Shown: positions 50,814 through 63,161 of the stretch, in pieces | How the letters are laid out: each line of letters opens with the position of its first letter | Numbering within the stretch: position 1 is the first letter of the stretch | Assembly: GCA_010093605.1 (NCBI GenBank) | Contig: MU004193.1 | Coordinates: 186,001 to 250,000, forward strand | Source: Lophium mytilinum | Lineage: Eukaryota | Direction: 5' to 3' | Length of the DNA: 64,000 nucleotides | Notes under the pieces: generated by a model | What the model was told of the DNA's origin: nothing | Databases searched by the model: none | Seen by the model: the letters and a program-made list of their open reading frames with translations, nothing else | Position numbers and translations under genes: made by a program

Positions 50814-52210
50814 TCAGCCAGACAAGCTCAGCTCATGCATCTGCATCTGCACTCTCCTTTCCAGCTGCACTCCCATGGCCATGTGCGACTTCAGTCCTAG
50901 CGACGCGCATCGTTCAGAAAGCTGCCCAAGAAACCCTTTCCATTTTGCAAGTTGCATAGTTGCGAGGCTCGTGAAAACACACATTTCTTCTTCAGAAGTA
51001 ACGTCGTATTCGCCGAGAGACATCGATGGACCTGCTCCGTGCGTTGGGGAGACGTCTTGGGCATTGTACATCGGGTAGGGCGCTGTTTTCGAGACTGGCA
51101 CTTGCTGAAAGCTTTCCGGATAGCTCAGCCCAGTCAAGTGGCCATGCAAAGATTTCCCCTCTTGCAATATCTTTGCTAGCACTACGTACGAGTCCACCGC
51201 TTTCTGGCATATCTGGATCAACAGCATAAGAAATCTAGGTATTTTGCTGCACTCAGAGCATCCGAGTAGCGTAGCGCAGGTTAACAGACATCGTCGTTTG
51301 AATCCTAGTCTCTGGCTTGTGGATTGTGTTCCTGTATCATGCCCATCCACCGCTAGCTCTTCAAGAAGAGTTAGCGCGGTTGAAACACAGCTGCAAGAGA
51401 GTAGGACTCCATTTAAATTCGATGCCGATGCTGATGGTTTGAGCAGGTTCATTGATTCCAAAGCCGTGAGCTGCTCTGGTTGAGCACGCGAGTGCAGCTG
51501 TGGATAGAAGAAACAAGGCTTTGGAGGCATTGGACTTGGCAGCGGCGTTAGATTGTAAGAGACATCCATGAAAAATGGTTGCTCTGAATGGTTGAGCTGA
51601 TCCGGCAACCTATCGTGAAAGGAAAACAAGTAGTCCATGTCATTCATTCCAATCAACGTCCCCTCATTGTCTTCTAGTGCCGCATTTACGTGGAAGCCCT
51701 CAAGGAAGGATGACGACGAGACATCGATGTCCGCAGGCGTTGTAGCAGGCCCTATCTGCCCAAAGTCTGGGATGATGCCTCGCAGGTCCAGCTCCATGGG
51801 GGTATCTGAGCCATGTTGTCGCGGTCTTGATATAGTGGAGTTGGGCGATACCGGCCCTTCTTGTGGATTCGTAGACTGTGTGGAGGCTGGCGGGGATGGG
51901 AGCGCATTGATGATGTTATTTGGCACAGACTCGGAGCTCTTTGAAGAATTCGCTCTCCGTCGTACGGTAGGTGCTGTATATTCGCATTCTGCCTGCTGAA
52001 GGCGGCAGCGCCGACATTCCGGAAGCTCCCCGGAGCACCTGAGCTACATTTGAACTCCGTTGGTCAAATCGTCATATGAAGAAGTCTTTGTAAACCGAGC
52101 GGAAGACGAACCTTCTTGGAGCGACAGAAATTACATGCGGAGAAGTTGGGCGTTGAGCCAGCCCTTTCCACTGATAGAGAATCATGGCGGCTGCGAAAGG
52201 TGGCGAACAT
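50814..52210 (-). CDS. Zn(II)2Cys6 pathway-specific (AflR-type) transcription factor, 2 exons
   Basis: MFATFRS...SACNFCRSKK|LRCSGELPECRRCRLQQAEC across an intron at ~52046-52111; C-terminal CSCVSTAL..LEEL, LLGCSEC, SLGEYDV..EEE seen in cluster regulators. Confidence 0.85.
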
Positions 52211-52962
52211 AATGGGTTCTTCGAATGCTCTCGAATATCGTCTGTAAGTTTGACATTATCGAGATGATTTGAGAACCCCCACTTAGCGTCCGTTTCACAC
52301 ACTACCGCAGTGCCTCTCTCAAGTTCTATTTAGTGCTTAGTTCCGGACACTGCCGAATCGTACAGAGTACGCACTCGGGGTCAAGGCTTAGTAGGTGTCT
52401 CAAGTCAGATAACGGCCCTGTAGCCTAATTGGAAAGGACTCCATATCTTCCTGCTGCGGATATTTAATTTAGATCGCCGGCAACAGCACTCCGATTAGGG
52501 CGTTCAAGGGCTGTTTTCTAGGATTCCCGCTGCTTAAACAAATAGATGTGCTTTGAGCTGAATTATTATTCCGAAACGGTTTTTCCATGTACATCATGTT
52601 GAGAATGGTGATGTATGATCCCTGAAAAAAGGTGTGGTAAGGTACCAAACGGATGAACTAGCCTCCTAGGGCTTACGATTAGACAAGATTCAGCCCTACT
52701 CTTTCCCTGGTCTTTAGTCTTACCAAATCATGCCCCACACACAAGTGGTCTGATCAGAAGCCCTACCGCCGAACTTGCTACGCAGAGTAGCGTCACGGGT
52801 ACGACGCTACTAGGCATAGCGCAATTTGAAGAAGGATACTGATAAAGGATCGCCAGATCTGCTAGAACGTGCACCTCGCTAATCCCTCTGATCGCTGTTT
52901 TTTCCAATTGTAGAAGGCTGTAATGAAGAAAGAATGACTGCGTGCCACATACTTAGGCCCTT

Positions 52963-53033
52963 TCGGATCCGATGCTGCTATGCGGCAACGTAACTCCCTG
53001 TCGGATCCGATGCTGCTGTGTGGCAACGTAACT
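52963..53033. repeat. 38-bp tandem duplication, each copy beginning with palindrome TCGGATCCGA
   Basis: TCGGATCCGATGCTGCTRTGYGGCAACGTAACT at 52963 and 53001. Confidence 0.85.
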
Positions 53034-53647
53034 GCGTCTGATTGCGATTTAGGCTCCGGACTTACCATATCCTGTTCCACTGCTTAATCTCGTACTACTT
53101 TCTCTGGCTCACAATGTGTACTTTTGCCATTGTCTAGCATCTGGGATACAACGTGGCTCGTCCTTCACCCTATGAATTATCAAATGCTTTACTGAGGCCT
53201 AGAGGCTGAGCAGACTGGACGACTACTGGATGTTGAGCTGTACGGAAGCGAGGAGTAGGTCATTCTATTAGTCTTGCTGCTTGTTCGCCCACGGCTCTGT
53301 CGTCCAGCTTTCGTCCGGAGGTGTTACAAGCGCGGCTCTCTCCAGAGTCCACGTGGTCTGTAGTTTCATAGGCCTCGCTACTGTTTTGGCCTCAAAGAAG
53401 CTCTCAGGCATGTGACTTTTCCGGCATACCGGGTCGATGTTCTAGCTCCGACTCCACTCCTCTAAGCTCGTAGGGCGAAGTCAGCCTTCAACTACCTGTA
53501 GTATACTGTGCGACCTCTCTACCTTGAGACGACTCTAAGCTCAATCCAGTATATCCCGAATCTCCGTGCCAGCGATAGATGAGTGAGATCGAAAAGAAAC
53601 AACCTAGCGACATCTCATCACCGCCTTTGAAACATCCAGCCTTCAAA

Positions 53648-55646
53648 ATGACGGCGCAGGCAGACTTGGAGAGTGTCATCACATTCTGGAATGCGCTGAC
53701 GACGAATGAATTATGCAGCATCCTTCTGCTCTTCGTAGCTACCTTAGTGAGTCGAACACAATTGATGCCATCAACATTGATGTTTACGGGCCCTCTAGCT
53801 TTTCTTTTACACTAGTATCAATGTGATCTATAACTTATACTTCCACCCTCTACGCCAATTCCCGGGCCCGTTTCTCGCCCGATCGTCACTGGTACGCCTC
53901 AATCTCCATGTCCTTCAGCAATTTCATAGTGTACTATCCTTATAAACCAGGTATGGCGAATTTTCCACTCAACTGGCGGTCGGTTCCATCGCGCAATCGA
54001 CGAGCAGCACATACGCTACGGTAAACATCCAGCTCCCGGCTTCCCCATGAGCCCACGATCTGCCTCTCATCACATGCATCAGGTCCCGTCTTCCGTGTAT
54101 CACCCAACGAACTCTCCTTCGCTTCCGTCAACTCCTGGAAAGCCATCTACGGCCACCAGCCAGCCGGCAAGCCCGTTCCCCCGAAAGCAGAATTCTACGA
54201 CATATACGGCTCCGCGTATAAGACCGGGTGCATCGGTAGCGAGAGGAATCCGCAGCGACATAGCCGCATGAAGAAAAACCTCACAGCCGCATTTTCCACT
54301 CGAGCATTAACGGAGCAAGAAGGCATCATCTCCGGATGCGTAGACCGGTTCGTTGAGAAGATCGGGACTACGAAAGGGGCGCGAAGCGAAGGACTGAATA
54401 TGGTGAAATGGTTTGAGATGATTGCTTTTGATATTCTTGGGCAGATGGCTTTTGGGGAATCGTTCCACGCGGTGGATTCGGGTATGCGCGCAACGACTCA
54501 TCGTTTGCTAGTTCTTTGCTTACTGCGAGACTGTCGAATGCAGGTAAACCACACTTCTGGTCTGAACTCATTGTCAAACATCTGTTCTTCATCACGGTCA
54601 TGGATAATATGCGGCGTTACCCGTTTCTGGTTGCCCTGGGAAAGCGCATATGGCCCTGGGCAACTGTGGCTGTGATGAAGAAGCACTCCGAGTATACTCG
54701 AGCTCAAGTAGCGCGGTGAGTGACGTACAGTTCCCCTCTATGGTCACAAATCATAACGCCAACCAGTCGAATGAACAAAAAGACCACTCGCAAAGACTTC
54801 CTCTCAAGCATCGTCGACAAAGTCGAGTCCGGGGACATAGACACCGAGGAACTCAACGCCCACGCCTCAACACTCGTGTAAGTCCAGTTCAATCCCCTCC
54901 TGTACTCCAGCAGCTCAGATCCCGCGAAAACAGAATCGCTGGCGGCGAAACCGTCGCCACCTTCCTCGCGGCCGTCACATACTACCTCCTGAAAAACCCC
55001 CATGCGTACCAGAAGCTTCAAGACGAAGTCCGCTCAGCCTTCAACTCCTACGACGACATCAACGCCACTTCGGCGCAGAGACTCCCGTACCTGCAAGCAG
55101 TCATCTCAGAGGGCTTGCGCATCTACCCGCCGGGCTCGCAGGGCTTCCCACGCGTCTCGCCTGGACTTGAGGTGGATGGCTTTTGGGTGCCGAAAGGGGT
55201 ATGTTCGCGTCTGACCCAGGATGGTTGTGGTTGTCACTAAGTGCGAGTCTAGGCCGAGATGTATACCAGCGCGTGGACAGTCACCCACGACGCGAAGTAC
55301 TTTCATGATCCCATGAGTTTCAAGCCAGAGCGCTGGATTGATCCGGAATGTACCGATGCGAAGGAGGCTAGTCAGCCGTTCTCGTTGGGGACGCGGGGGT
55401 GTTTGGGGAGGAAGTGAGTAGTTCTTGTAGTTTTGGGTAGGGCAGAGATGGTTATGTTGCGTACTGACAGTTTCATGCAGTTTCGCGTACGCTGAAATCA
55501 ATCTCATACTGGCGAAAATGCACTGGAGGTTTGATCTCGAGATGGTGAATGAGGAGCTGGATTGGGAGGGACAGAGTTATTTATATGTCATGTGGTCTAA
55601 GCCGAGCATGTACGTGCGTCTCTTGCCTCGGGCGAGCAGGAGTTGA
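53648..55646 (+). CDS. Cytochrome P450, CYP65/Tri11-like, ~9 exons
   Basis: YNLYFHPLRQFPGP, GPVFRVSPNELSF, AFDILGQMAFGE, AGGETV, EGLRIYPP, FKPERW, FSLGTRGCLGR; alternative start at 53579. Confidence 0.9.
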
Positions 55647-58373
55647 AGATGGTTTCTCCAATGTCATTGAAGAATGGTCATAGACAGACAGTTTGAGTAG
55701 ATGTGATAGGGGATTAAGCGAGGATGGACCGGCATCACTACATCAGGATGCGTGAACAAGAACGCGAACATCGGAATATAGTGGTCCCTAGATTTGGACC
55801 AAGATTAACTACATCCTGTCATGCGTGGAAGACTACGGTCTTGGCGATATATCGAAGCTGAATACTACGCTGGGTAAGATGAATGGATCTAAGACCACGT
55901 GACATCCAGCTGATCTTCCCATAATCTCCATTCTCCTAGAGTATAAAAGTCCCACTGCCTTCTGCAATCGAACCTTCAGCGGACCAGGGTGGTTTGACTC
56001 GATTTAACTAAGGATGTTCAACGACCACATGTGGCGGCGGAGTTGGGTGCTCGGAAACCTCGTCTTCGCGTACATCATGGGCGCGATCGAAAGGCAAAGA
56101 GGACGCACTTGATGGTATCCGTGGGAGTTGAGTATCCAAACAGATGATGACTGCTCTGATGGGCGGCGCAGAAACGAGTCGAAATGATGACTAGCAGCAT
56201 AGCTTTCCAAAGCTAGATGGAACCATCCCATCCTTAATGACGCTAGCACCTTTGGCTCAAAACCACGGTCTACAGCGCGTAGGTACGACACTCCCAGTCA
56301 TTTTCACGCTTTTCTGGTATTCATCACCAGCAGAAGGTATAAATCTTCCACCGCGCCACTCCACTCCAACATGGACTGAAATATCGGATGATTTTGACGC
56401 CCGACACCGACTCCATGACTGACTGAAGTTCCTGGTTGATCCCACCACACCATTACCGCGAGCTCGCTTCCGAATTTCGATGCCCAACGAAGCAGCCACC
56501 GAAGACTGATCTGAGTGATTTTCCGTCTCTCCAACCCTCTCTGCCCTGAGAAAAAGAATCTCAAGCTCGCGAGCGAGGTTATATACCCACCCTCCCCCAG
56601 ACACCTCGTGATCATCACGTGGTTTACCTCAACCATTCTGCAGAACAATCTAGAGAGTGCCACTATTCAGACTGGCGACAGAGCGCTTAGGCACGTGAGC
56701 TCCACGTGCCACCCCCAATCTTCGTTCTCCGGCGATCATAAAACCCCTCGTCAGACCCGGTCTCTTGAATTCTTCAGGGAGATCTGGAAGGGGGGTGGCG
56801 GAGGATCAAAAGGCGCAGATCTAGCCTGTGATGTGGTGGAGCTGCGGTCATTCAACGCATCTACGGCGCTGGACGCATGGAGTAGTGGCGAGGTGTGCTC
56901 TTTACAAAAAGCCATGACCAGTTCCGCGATGGGAGGTTTGCAAAATGCCAACACGGCCGGCGCCATGGAGGTGTGGTTGAGTGGAGAACTGATGCAGACG
57001 GCGAGGGTATGGGGTGTGGAGGACTACCTTCCAGGAGACGGTGATGAGTAGCAACACTCGCTAGTTTTTACGATACTCAGCAGTGGAAAAGGCGATCAAG
57101 ATGGTTTCATTCCTTTTAGAGAGTTCGGTGGTAGCAGCATACGAACCTGAGACGGGATCGGCACAGTGATTGCTCCAAGGCGAGCTAAGCGACGGGTGTA
57201 ACGCGGGAATAAGTTTCTGCGCGCACGGGAATAAGCGCTTGCGGGGAAGCACTAGCATTCACTAGAACACATAGGCGACGACCGAATTTGGAATTTCTCG
57301 GCGACGATTCAGTATGCCGTTTGCCTATGACACTAAATGGATCGCACTTTGGATGATGATCACCATCTCTACGCTGTCGAACGCCGGAATCCCCAGCGAC
57401 CGCCATGTGATTTTGCCAGGGCCAGTTCTAACGCCACACATCCTCCATGAGGCGTTATCGTGAAGACGTTGAACACACAGCCGGTCATCGTCGAATGTGA
57501 ATTGATGGTTTCGAACCCGGAAGTCCGCACACCATAAACCAGTGTCCTAGAGCCTTTTGATCCTCCACCGCCTCCCTGTCCTGCAGAGCTCAAAGTTCGA
57601 AGGCGTGGAGAGATTTATACATCCCTCCCAGCTTACCAAGACGTGTCCACGTGATGAAAGGAGATCCACGTGGTATCTGCATCCCACCGACTTCGCAAGG
57701 CTGTTCTGCTGTCTTGTAGAGGCATCCGTTGATAGTTATCTATAGCAGTAGCGGTATCCTCACTCGTCAGATCACAAACATAACCCATCGACGTTTGAGA
57801 ACCTTTTTCGATAGATTTTCAGAATAAAACTACACTCACTTCTCTCCTCGGCGCCATTTTCAGTGTTCACCACATAGCCACGAGCATATTCCCCCCTAAT
57901 CCCTAAAACACCAAAACACCAGCCCCCAAAGCCCAGTCCAACCTCCGCTAGCAACGAAGCCCGGTAAACACCCCAATACACTACACGCTTCCAGCCTCAT
58001 CAGCCGTACCACATCAGCATACCACAAACCCAAATAGCATGAACAAGTAAAGTAAAACAATAAACGAAAGAGAAGTGTAAGACAATTCCGGGTATCTGTT
58101 ACGGCCCGCAGTGTATGCGAGTCCTGTGTTCGTCATATAACGCCACATCGCCGTTTTCAAGCCTCCAGCCTCTGGGAAGAAGCAAATACGATGAACCAAA
58201 GCGGGGGGAAGAATAGGGACGTCCAAAAGGAAGGAGTAAATCAATATTGTAGTATCGTGGTCCGTTGAGTTCGTTGAGCGCAGAAAGATCATATTGATCT
58301 CTTTTTGGGGGGGGCCAAAAGTGGCGGTAAAGGTGTCGGAGGGTACCGGGGGTGTTCGAGAATGGGAACGGTT

Positions 58374-59510
58374 TCATGATCCGAACATGCCTAGAGGCGT
58401 CGTCTCGCCTTCCATCGGCGTCGCCCCACTGTGATAGGGAGAGTTCGCAGAAATAAATTCCTCGTACTCGGGCAGGTTCGCATCAAAGCGACTGTCGTAC
58501 TCAGGCTCGGTCTTCAGCTTTAGTATCGCGGCATCCACTGGGTCCTCATGCTGCAGCGCCACGTGTCCGTTCGGTCGGTCCATGTGCATCTGTCCGTTCA
58601 GCTGGTCCATGTGCGCCTCTCCGTTCAACTGGCCCATTTGCGTAGGCATAGGCTGCGGCGCCGGCACCTGCGGGGTACTCCAGCGCAGGGCTGCCGCCTG
58701 CATCTGGAGATAATTGTCGATATTCGGATCTCCACAGTTTGCGTGCCTCAGGATCTCGTTCTTCAGGCCGATGATGTGGTTCTGCAACTCCCGAGTGGTA
58801 TTGTCCAGCTCGCGCTGCTCCGCCACAAGCGCGTCGTGCTCACTCTGCAGGCTCTTGTGTTGCAACTTCTTCTTCTCGCGGCACTTGTGGGCGGCCTTGC
58901 GGTTCAGCTCGAGCTTAGTGGCTTCGGATTGGGTGTCTTTGGAGCGTTTCTTCTTTTCCGGGCCCAGGCCGTCGATGTCGCGGGAGAGGGCGGACGAGCG
59001 GGCGCTGGGAAGTGGCTCGTTGGCGGGCGATTGTTCCATATCGTGCATCGAGGATCGTTTTCGGCCGCGTCGGGGGATGGGCGTCATGGTCTCGGTCTTG
59101 ACGGTGGCTGCTCGCTTGCGCGGTCGTGTGGAGGGCTGGTTGTCTTGGTGGTCGCTGTGCGCTGTTGCGAAGAGAGTTGCCGAAGACAGTGCGGCAGATG
59201 TCAATGGGCTTATATGCTGTGAGGGTGTGCGCTCTGATGAGCGCGCTGACTCCTGGTTGAAAGGGTCCATGGTTCCCAAAGAATCGTGCCGCTGGTCGGG
59301 GACGTCCCAGTACCCGCCCATCTGCTCCAATGGCAGCGAGTCGGAGCGGTCTGAGTGCGGGCCAGGGCTCTGGTGGTCGGAGGGCGGGGTGTACTGGGGC
59401 GTGAACTGGCCGTTGACGAGGAGGGTGGAATGTTTGTCGGGATACATTTCGAAGGGGCTGTCGAAGTGGCCCATAGCCCACTCGTCGGTTGGCGGGAAAG
59501 CCATTGACAT
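58374..59510 (-). CDS. bZIP transcription factor (ATF/Atf21-like)
   Basis: LELNRKAAHKCREKKK basic region, heptad Leu zipper, and LKNEILRHANC.D..I..YL extension. Confidence 0.88.
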   Translation of the reverse strand: MSMAFPPTDEWAMGHFDSPFEMYPDKHSTLLVNGQFTPQYTPPSDHQSPGPHSDRSDSLPLEQMGGYWDVPDQRHDSLGTMDPFNQESARSSERTPSQHISPLTSAALSSATLFATAHSDHQDNQPSTRPRKRAATVKTETMTPIPRRGRKRSSMHDMEQSPANEPLPSARSSALSRDIDGLGPEKKKRSKDTQSEATKLELNRKAAHKCREKKKLQHKSLQSEHDALVAEQRELDNTTRELQNHIIGLKNEILRHANCGDPNIDNYLQMQAAALRWSTPQVPAPQPMPTQMGQLNGEAHMDQLNGQMHMDRPNGHVALQHEDPVDAAILKLKTEPEYDSRFDANLPEYEEFISANSPYHSGATPMEGETTPLGMFGS

Positions 59511-62500
59511 TTAAGTATGGGCGGAGGTGGTCCGCGCGCCAGGCAAGGGAAGGATTTTGCAAATGAGGAGTGTTCTGGCGCTTTCTGGCAGTGTGCGATG
59601 ATAATTGACGGTGTGTGCGGGTGGTGTTTTGGTGAGGCCGCTGGAGAAGGTGGCAAACAGAGTCAAAAGGGCAGCGGGCAGCGGCGAGGGAAGTACTTGG
59701 GGCAGCCACTCGAGTGGGCGGAAAGCTGGGCCGGAGGAAGCTCCTGGACACTTGGACACTTGGAGCTCCTGGACTGCTGGACCCTCGTCTAGAATGGGAG
59801 GGGGAGGGGCTGATGGTAGGCTTTTTCGCTCTTGCTTGTCTGCGCAGCTTGTTGCTGGAGCTGGTGCCCACCGGGTCCCAGCGGTCACAGACGGTGCCGA
59901 TCCCCGCACGCTCGCCCATGGCAAACCGGAGTGCGCGCGAGCCCATGTGGCCCGTGCGCCATGGCATTCTTGCATTGCGCATCTCGCTGGGAGCGCGTGA
60001 CATCATCGGGCCAGCTCAGTTTTTCGACCCTCACCCGGATTGCTTTGCCGTGGCCAATCACACGGCACAACGGAGCTATCTACGCACCAATCGCAGGACT
60101 ACGTGGCTACCAGGCCCATCTATTCACAACCCACGCAGCACAGACACCATTGTGCCATCTGTGCCAACTGTGCCATCTGCGCCATCTGCATCTCGATAGC
60201 GACGTCATTGCTGCCAGCTAGGCCGCTTTCGGTAGTACGCGATGGTGAAGCTGCCGCGATCCGGGCCCTACCGACGAACAGTGGGGACGGCCGCTAGCAC
60301 TCCGATGGCTCCGCGGCCTGGGCTTCACTGGTTATCATTAAGGTTCCATGCTTCCTCACATCGGGGAGGGACCTGTTTGCCGGGTTCGAGCTGGAGACGT
60401 CTCGAAGTGTCTGCGCCACGAATTCATCAGGTTTCGAGGGAGCAACTGCCGCTTTGGAGCATGCGCCACAGCTGCTTGTTGAGTCTCGAACCATATGGCT
60501 GCATAATCACGCCGCCAGCTGAGATATTCCGTCTCGCAAGATGTTCAGGGCGGAGTGGGCGGGCAGCATAGCGGCCGAGCAGCTGCCGAGTTCCCATCCA
60601 CCGCAAGGTTTGATATGCAACGTTGCGTACACAGTCAGATCATTCAGATCTTCTGATATCCTGCTGAAGCCGTGTGTATCTTTTCACCTATCTGTCCACG
60701 CCCAGACTGTGAGACTGTGAGAGAAACAGGATTCAAGCAGCTGCGGTACCGCACCATCCGACGTAGCAGTTGTCGATCTCTACAATCTGTGCCCATCTTC
60801 GCTATTTTTGCCCATCTTCGCTATTCTCCATCTTCGAGATAAGGCAGCGCCGCGTAGAATACCCGAATTGCCAGCGAAACATCTCCTTTCACTCCTGACA
60901 TTGTTGACGAGGTACTGTGCCTATGAGCAGCCAAGGTGACGCCATTCCCGCCCGCATCTAGTTCCCACATTAGAAGAGGCACCGTTCCCCCAAAAGCCAC
61001 CGTGAAAGCGGTTCCGACTTCTAGCGCAGCGCCCCGGTTATCTTCTTCGATCTCAGCGCCCTCGCTTGGCCCTTGATTACCCACCAACATCGCCTCGGCA
61101 GTTTTCACTTTCAACGACAATAGCACATTTATAACAATGCGACCCTGTTGACTGTCCAGCCTTTGTGCGCGGAACATTCACGTGCATGACTCCGTGTCTG
61201 CAAGGCGAGCACCAATTCCCCCAAGCTCCCGCGAGGCAGACTTTGAGCTCTTCCCTGAGCTCCGCTCAAAACAACGCCATTGGTACTCCAGTGGTTGACA
61301 GCGACACAGCGATGTCTCGAAAGCCGGGATGGATATGAACTGTATTGCCTTGCGAAGATGAAGGGTAGGAGATGGCTTTCGCTGGACGTTCTCAAAATAG
61401 GTCCCTACCACTACCAACACGCCGCGTGCGCAATTTCAAACGTTTTCGACCTTCTTCTTGAATATTTTCCAACTTTTCCTAAACTTCTTCCCCAACATCT
61501 TCTCTCGTCGTCGCAAATCTAAGAGATCGTCGTGGTCGCATAGTGGCAGGGCCGCCGGAATCTTTTCCGAGATGCAGGGATGTGACGCCCCACCCGCAAC
61601 ACCCCTGCTCGCTCGCCGTCCCGGAACAGTTCCAGGCACATCGCTCCCGTGAAGTGTCACGTGGATTGTTTTCTGACAGTGTAGACTTCAGAACCTCCTT
61701 CGATTGCCTATTCTTGGCCGGTTGTTCCGCTTACATAAGCCCAAATACCGAGTAGGTAGCATCTGAAGAGGATGCATCAAAGCTCACCCCTCTTTAACGA
61801 TAGGCGCTACTCCGAGGAATCTCTCGCAGCATCCCAGTATCCAGGAGACGGTTCCGGTACACCTCACACCTCAAACTTCGAAACTCCGCAATGCATCACG
61901 ATCGCCGGTCAAGGTTGATGACTATGCCGCCTCCCCACAAGCGGCCCCGGCTCATCGTTGGAAGTAGATGGATTCAGGGTACATCGCATCTAGATGCTAC
62001 TCGCATCCCTGGATCTCGGGGCCCATGCCGGCCCCGCTATGACAACATACCAGTGTACAGGAGATACCTCACGATATGCTCTAATCCTCGTTAAAAATAC
62101 TGGCCCCATGCCGCTTCTACTACTAATGCATCAGTTCGAGTAAGTGGAGCACAACAACAGGAGGTGTCCTCTGCGCTGAAAAAGATCCGAGTACGTCATA
62201 TAAGACGTCTATCGAATCTCGAATCTCTAATCCAATCACGACGCTTACACGGTGCGGCAAGGGGTCCCGCCCCCCCGCGTGCTATAACGTACCTAGCATC
62301 AAGGAGGTGATTCCGATAACGCCCTGTCCGTAGCTTTCGAAAGCTAGCTAGAGTTCAAACCTTCATTTTCGCATAACCTCCACACACCGTCGAATCAACA
62401 GCCGTTCATGCGCTCTTTCAGGATTTTCAACCACGTTCTTCCAACCACAACATCACCTCATGGCCTATCCGGTCCATCCGACGTCAGCATCTAATTTCCA

Positions 62501-63161
62501 TACCATTCACTTCGATCTCTTTATCAAAACCCCGCAACGCTTGTGAAGTACAGTGAGGTACCTCAACCCCGCTCATGCAGCCTTGCGCCTAGGAGATGGC
62601 TCCGGCCGAAGGCTGAACAACCTTACACAGCATTTGTAAACGATTAGTTATGCAGATGTCAGCACACGCTCACAGCCGGGCAGCCGTTGGAAGACGCGTT
62701 AAAGCTTTTCGCTTCTGCGCTCCCTGCTCGTGGCGTTGTTAGGGTCGAGGAGTTGATTCCGAGTTGCTTTCACTTGCGGCCGCCGATATTTTCGCTTTCG
62801 GGCAGAATCGTCGGCTGACGTGCTTTATGGATTGTGTGCCGCGAGGCCATTTCGGCAGATGGGTGGGATGTGGATGGGTTCTGGGCTGTCGGGGCATAGG
62901 AAACCGATGCTCGTGTTGTTCGCGTCCAGGGCTGGATAGTGGATTGGTGTGATTTGGTGATGGCAGCTGGAATCTCCAATGGGAATCCGCCGAGAGATGC
63001 TCATTTAGGCTTTGAGATAATCGAAGCGAGCAGAGATATTTGAATGATTAGAGATCTTTGAACCGACCGCGATGTTCGATAATAGGAGAAACGTGAATCG
63101 TCCCTAGATCTGCTGCACAGTCCACGTGATTCTCTTTACAGCTTCTCCCATCTCAACCCCC

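Noticed and set aside
58548..60006. Long ORFs overlapping the bZIP gene (58548-59222+, 58714-59514+, 58915-60006-)
   Set aside because: Antisense or alternate-frame shadows of GC-rich sequence; low-complexity Arg/Pro/Ser content and no motifs.
60821..61177. 118-aa minus-strand ORF upstream of the bZIP gene
   Set aside because: No recognisable domain or splice context; insufficient support.
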